Assembly: GCA_041650515.1 (NCBI GenBank)
Contig: JBAZLA010000004.1
Coordinates: forward strand, 23,748 to 87,747
Length of the DNA: 64,000 nucleotides
From: Patescibacteria group bacterium
Lineage (GTDB): Bacteria; Patescibacteriota; Patescibacteriia; JACRDY01
Direction: 5' to 3'
Under the pieces are notes generated by a model, which did not search any database, was not told the DNA's origin, and saw only the letters and a list, made by a program, of their open reading frames with translations. Of this stretch, positions 60,655-64,000 are shown in pieces (position 1 is the first letter of the stretch; each line of letters starts with the position of its first letter). The translations under genes were made by a program, and so were the position numbers.

Positions 60655-60760
60655 ATTATAGTACGTAGTACCTAGTACACAGTACATAGAAATTTAACAC
60701 CACCAACGTTGGGTTATAAATCACTATGTACTAGGTACTGTGTACTCGGTACTGATTAAA
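60655..60760. repeat. X2: about 100-nt repeat element, copy 2, same orientation as X1
   Basis: tagtacgtagtacctagtacacagtacatag..aacaccaccaacgttgggtt..cactatgtactaggtactgtgtactcggtactg. Shares blocks with X1: agtacc(c/t)agtacacag, aac(c/a)cacc(g/a)acg(g)tgggtt, ctatg(g/t)actaggtact, ctcggtactg. Confidence 0.55.
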
Positions 60761-60953
60761 AACTCGCCGTCCAGATAACCATGGTAAAAACAATAACAAT
60801 CGTCAGAATGATCCAAATGATTTTTTCTAGTTTTTTCTTTTTGATCTTCATAATGTTAAATAGTCTTTAAATTATTGACAGTAGTATTTTTAAAGAGGAT
60901 ACTATAAATATTACTTGAAATATCACTTAAATTGCAACAGGAGGGTATTTATC

Positions 60954-61325
60954 ATGGCCAGCAAACGGTTAGCCGAAGTTTTGAAAAAAATCAAGAGAAT
61001 GCCTCTGCCAACGCGGGAGCAGAACGAGAATTTTTCCCACTTACCCCAGAAAGATCCCCGGGTCCGACTCTGGATGGTGCTGACTGACATCGATCACCCT
61101 TGGCACAGCGAAGGAGAAGTCAAGGTTCCTCGGATGAGCCAAGAAACTGCCAGACGACTACTTCGCTCCTGGCGATCCATCAAGGCTAACGCCACTCGTC
61201 GGTGTCGCGCCCTGCCCGATGACGATCCGAGAAAAATACTCGCGAGTGCAAAAACTTCCCATCCGCTTACCTGGACCGTCACGGTGATGGAGATGACGGT
61301 GGAAGGAGCTGCGGCATTCAAATAA
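60954..61325 (+). CDS. GC-rich orphan protein (Arg-rich, function unknown), plus strand
   Basis: 123 aa from ATG 60954 (RBS caggaggg). Arg/Trp-rich (RRLLRSWRSIKANATRRCRALPDDDPRK). GC-rich codons. Own terminator. Confidence 0.4.
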   Translation: MASKRLAEVLKKIKRMPLPTREQNENFSHLPQKDPRVRLWMVLTDIDHPWHSEGEVKVPRMSQETARRLLRSWRSIKANATRRCRALPDDDPRKILASAKTSHPLTWTVTVMEMTVEGAAAFK

Positions 61326-61354
61326 GAACTGCGGTAGTAAGTTACCTGGCAAAG

Positions 61355-61383
61355 CCAATCGCCATCCTGGCGATTTTTTTTAA
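61355..61383. terminator. Hairpin terminator (aatcgcca-tcc-tggcgatt + T8) shared by the orphan gene and convergent lepA
   Basis: gccaatcgccatcctggcgatttttttt. Confidence 0.6.
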
Positions 61384-61427
61384 AAAGAACATTCTCGCTT
61401 ACTAAGATTATCAATAATCAGCCAATA

Positions 61428-63191
61428 CTACCTCTTTAATACGGCGATAAACGCTTCAGCCGGGATATCGACCTTACCCAAAGTGCGCATTTTCTTTTTA
61501 CCTTTCTTTTGTTTTTCCAAGAGCTTACGTTTACGACTGACATCGCCGCCATACAATTTAGCCGTTACATCTTTACGCATGGCCGAAATTTTTTCCGAAG
61601 CAACAATTGTGCCACCGATGGCCGCTTGGAGCTTAACTTCAAACATTTGCCGCGGCAGAATCTTCTTAAGTTCGCCAACCACCTTTTTACCCACCCGGTA
61701 TGATTCATCTTTATAAACAATGGTCGACAGAGCTTCAACCGGCTCAGTGGCGACCAAAATATCCAAACGAACCACGTCGGTTTTTTGATAAACTTTAAAA
61801 GTATAATTTAAGGAAGCAAAACCCGCCGAGACGCTTTTTAGTCTATCATAAAAATCAATAATTAACGACGCTAAAGGTATATCATAATGTAAGATAGCAA
61901 TCTTCTCGTCTAAGAATTCCGTAGTTTTATATTCCCCTCTTTTCTCACGAACTAATTCCATCACCGCTCCTAAATAATTTTTCGGCGTCACAATATCAAC
62001 GCTATAAATCGGCTCCTCCAAAAAATCAATCAGCGAACTCTCGGGTAATTCTTGCGGACTTTTAATAATAAAAATTTCACCATTGGTTTTATGTAGCGTA
62101 TAAGCCACTGATGGCACGGTAACGATTAGGTCTAGATCAAATTCCCGGTGCAACCGCTCTTGGATAATGTCCAAATGGAGCATACCCAAAAATCCACAGC
62201 GCAGGCCAAACCCCAAGGCTGGTGAATTCTCTGGTTCAAAAGTGAGTGCCGCATCATTAAGTTTAAGTTTGCCAATACCCTCGCGCAGATGAGAATAATC
62301 GCTGCCCTCCTTACAGAAAATACCAGCAAAAACCATTGGTTTAGCTTCTTTGTAACCAGGCAATGCCGGCACGGTTTCTTTAGCAATCGTATCACCAACT
62401 CGACAACGGGCCACTTCTTTAAGACCAGTAACAATATAACCAATGTCGCCACTGTTTAAAACTTCTTTGGGTATTAGCTTAGGTTTAAACACGCCAACCT
62501 CTAAAACTTCCTCAGTGGCACCAGTGCCAAGTAAAATTATTTTATCGCCCCGCCGGACCGTACCATCAACCAATCGGACATAGGCAACCACGCCGCGATA
62601 ATCATCAAACATTGAATCAAAAATTAGCGCTCGTAAACTGCCAGCTTCATTTACCTGAGGCGGTGGCACTTTATCAATTACCGCTTGCAAAACTTTATCA
62701 ACGCCCTGACCAGTCTTAGCTGAAACTAACAAAACCTCATCTTCGCGACAACCAATCAGACTCATCACTTCTTTTTTGACTAAAGAAACATCAGCCGCCG
62801 GTAAATCAATTTTGTTAAGAACTGGGATAATGGTTAGATTTTGTTCTAAAGCCAAATAAAGATTAGCCAGAGTTTGAGCTTGGATCCCCTGAGTCGCATC
62901 AACTAATAAAATCGCGCCTTCAACCGCGGCCAACGATCGTGAAACTTCATAAGAAAAATCAACATGGCCTGGTGTATCAATTAAGTTTAGCTCATAACCC
63001 TGATAATCCATCCGCACCGGCTGCAGTTTAATCGTGATCCCCCGCTCTCGTTCCAGATCCATCTGATCCAACAGCTGATTCTGCATCTTGCGTTTTTCCA
63101 CTGTACCAGTCAATTCTAAAAAACGATCAGCCAGGGTTGATTTACCATGATCAATATGAGCGATGATGCAGAAATTTCGAATGTTGTTCAT
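61428..63191 (-). CDS. lepA: Elongation factor 4 (LepA)
   Basis: 587 aa. IRNFCIIAHIDHGKSTLADRFLELTG; DTPGHVDFSYEVSRSL; NKIDLP. Confidence 0.9.
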   Translation of the reverse strand: MNNIRNFCIIAHIDHGKSTLADRFLELTGTVEKRKMQNQLLDQMDLERERGITIKLQPVRMDYQGYELNLIDTPGHVDFSYEVSRSLAAVEGAILLVDATQGIQAQTLANLYLALEQNLTIIPVLNKIDLPAADVSLVKKEVMSLIGCREDEVLLVSAKTGQGVDKVLQAVIDKVPPPQVNEAGSLRALIFDSMFDDYRGVVAYVRLVDGTVRRGDKIILLGTGATEEVLEVGVFKPKLIPKEVLNSGDIGYIVTGLKEVARCRVGDTIAKETVPALPGYKEAKPMVFAGIFCKEGSDYSHLREGIGKLKLNDAALTFEPENSPALGFGLRCGFLGMLHLDIIQERLHREFDLDLIVTVPSVAYTLHKTNGEIFIIKSPQELPESSLIDFLEEPIYSVDIVTPKNYLGAVMELVREKRGEYKTTEFLDEKIAILHYDIPLASLIIDFYDRLKSVSAGFASLNYTFKVYQKTDVVRLDILVATEPVEALSTIVYKDESYRVGKKVVGELKKILPRQMFEVKLQAAIGGTIVASEKISAMRKDVTAKLYGGDVSRKRKLLEKQKKGKKKMRTLGKVDIPAEAFIAVLKR

Positions 63192-63260
63192 AAATACAAG
63201 TTATAAAGTTATAAAGTTTTGGATCTTGAACTTTATAACTTTACAAACTTTATAACTACT
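63192..63260. promoter_or_regulatory. lepA upstream region with symmetric AT repeats (agttataaagtt x2 / aactttataact x3)
   Basis: caagttataaagttataaagttttggatcttgaactttataactttacaaactttataactac. Confidence 0.3.
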
Positions 63261-64000
63261 TTATAGTTCTTCTTCCAACTTTGGCACTTCTTCTTTGCGA
63301 AAAAAACGACGCCGCAATGAAGTAATAAATAATAACATCTCTTCTGATTTTAGCAAGAGACTAACTAAAACAAAGACTATCAAGCCACCAAAAGCTGCCA
63401 AGCCCCCCTGAGCTAAAATACCCAAAAAGGTTCGCGTACCAGTAAATGGCTCAACAAAATATTTCAAAAACTGAATAACTAAAGCCATGGCTATAGTGGC
63501 AACCGAAATCTTAGCCACCGACCAAATAATATTAGCCTCATCCAGCCTGCCAACTTTAAATCGCAAGAAAATCCACAGCAAAGCCATATTAATGATCGAG
63601 GAAACGGAAAAGGCTAAGGCTAAACCAGCGACACCATAAACCTTTGCCAAACTTAAAGCTAAAACAATATTGACCACTGCTCCTACTAAACCAGTTACAA
63701 AAGGAATTAAAGTATTATGTAGAGCATAAAACCCTCGCGCCAAAAGCGGAATTAGACTCTGGGCAAATAAACTAATACTAAATAAAGCCAAGGCGTCAGC
63801 CGTGAGAATAGTGTCCTCCCAATCAAAATAGCCAGCACCCAAAATAACACGAACAATCTGCGCCCGTAGAACTAGAAACATTACTGACAAAGGAATAATA
63901 AAAAATAATATTTGGCGCACGGTTTGGGAAAAACTTTTTACAAAATTGTCTTTGTCACCGCTGGCGATAAAAGTCGAAAGCGTCGGGAAGGCGGCAATCG
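63261..64000 (-). CDS. murJ: Lipid II flippase MurJ-like protein, 5'-truncated at window edge
   Basis: The open frame continues to position 64000 without a stop (...IAAFPTLSTFIASGDKDNFVKSFSQTV-RQILFF...). The C-terminal region RGFYALHNTLIPF resembles the MurJ RAFYAxxDTxTP motif. Multiple TM helices. Confidence 0.5.
   Translation of the reverse strand, partial: IAAFPTLSTFIASGDKDNFVKSFSQTVRQILFFIIPLSVMFLVLRAQIVRVILGAGYFDWEDTILTADALALFSISLFAQSLIPLLARGFYALHNTLIPFVTGLVGAVVNIVLALSLAKVYGVAGLALAFSVSSIINMALLWIFLRFKVGRLDEANIIWSVAKISVATIAMALVIQFLKYFVEPFTGTRTFLGILAQGGLAAFGGLIVFVLVSLLLKSEEMLLFITSLRRRFFRKEEVPKLEEEL

Noticed and set aside
60655-60687. First 11 codons of the track recJ ORF (MYCVLGTTYYN)
   Set aside because: They are the translation of the X2 repeat. 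The conserved RecJ sequence and a proper ATG start at 60654.

Overview
This window is an AT-rich (about 40% GC by eye) bacterial chromosome segment with extreme coding-strand bias: about 75 of 78 CDS are on the minus strand. Genes are small and tightly packed. The content is typical of a reduced Patescibacteria/CPR-like genome. Core genes are guaA (3'-truncated), rplJ-rplL, tpiA, a ClpB-like ATPase, tgt, mraZ-rsmH-ftsL, dtd, an ABC exporter, dnaG-rpoD, gatC-gatA, ligA, rnhA, recJ, lepA and murJ (5'-truncated). There are two type IV pilus loci. Locus 1 (26.8-32.5 kb) has four pilins, PilC and PilB, plus a cytoplasmic histidine kinase and a response regulator. Locus 2 (47.6-58.2 kb) has pilM/N/O, pilB, a receiver, pilC, pilA, pilD and four minor pilins. 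Secreted surface proteins (PA14; TSP3+PKD) and a glycosylation pair (GT2 plus a GT-C ArnT-like protein) are also present. Four canonical tRNAs are on the minus strand: Thr-GGT, Tyr-GTA, Asn-GTT and Ser-GGA. No CRISPR array, reverse transcriptase, integrase or transposase was seen. The unexplained signals are listed next. (1) GC-rich tRNA-like structured units sit directly 3' of tRNA-Tyr and tRNA-Ser, separated by long perfect AT hairpins, and share a covarying 9-bp GC hairpin and tmRNA-like 5' motifs. (2) tRNA-Asn is surrounded by its own 5' and 3' fragments, and the 3' half is interrupted by a 133-nt highly structured insert. (3) A two-copy ~160-nt GC-rich structured repeat (R1/R2) has a 21-bp outer stem with compensatory changes. 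(4) The only plus-strand genes are GC-rich orphans: a tandem paralog pair with duplicated RBS and terminator modules, and a third orphan. (5) The orphans sit just outside two ~90-nt direct repeats (X1/X2) that bracket the ligA-T4P-rnhA-recJ block. (6) In-frame heptanucleotide x4 tandem repeats lie inside tgt and ligA. (7) A pilin is fused to an LVIVD-like beta-propeller domain. (8) The ClpB-like AAA+ protein carries an N-terminal zinc ribbon and two transmembrane helices.
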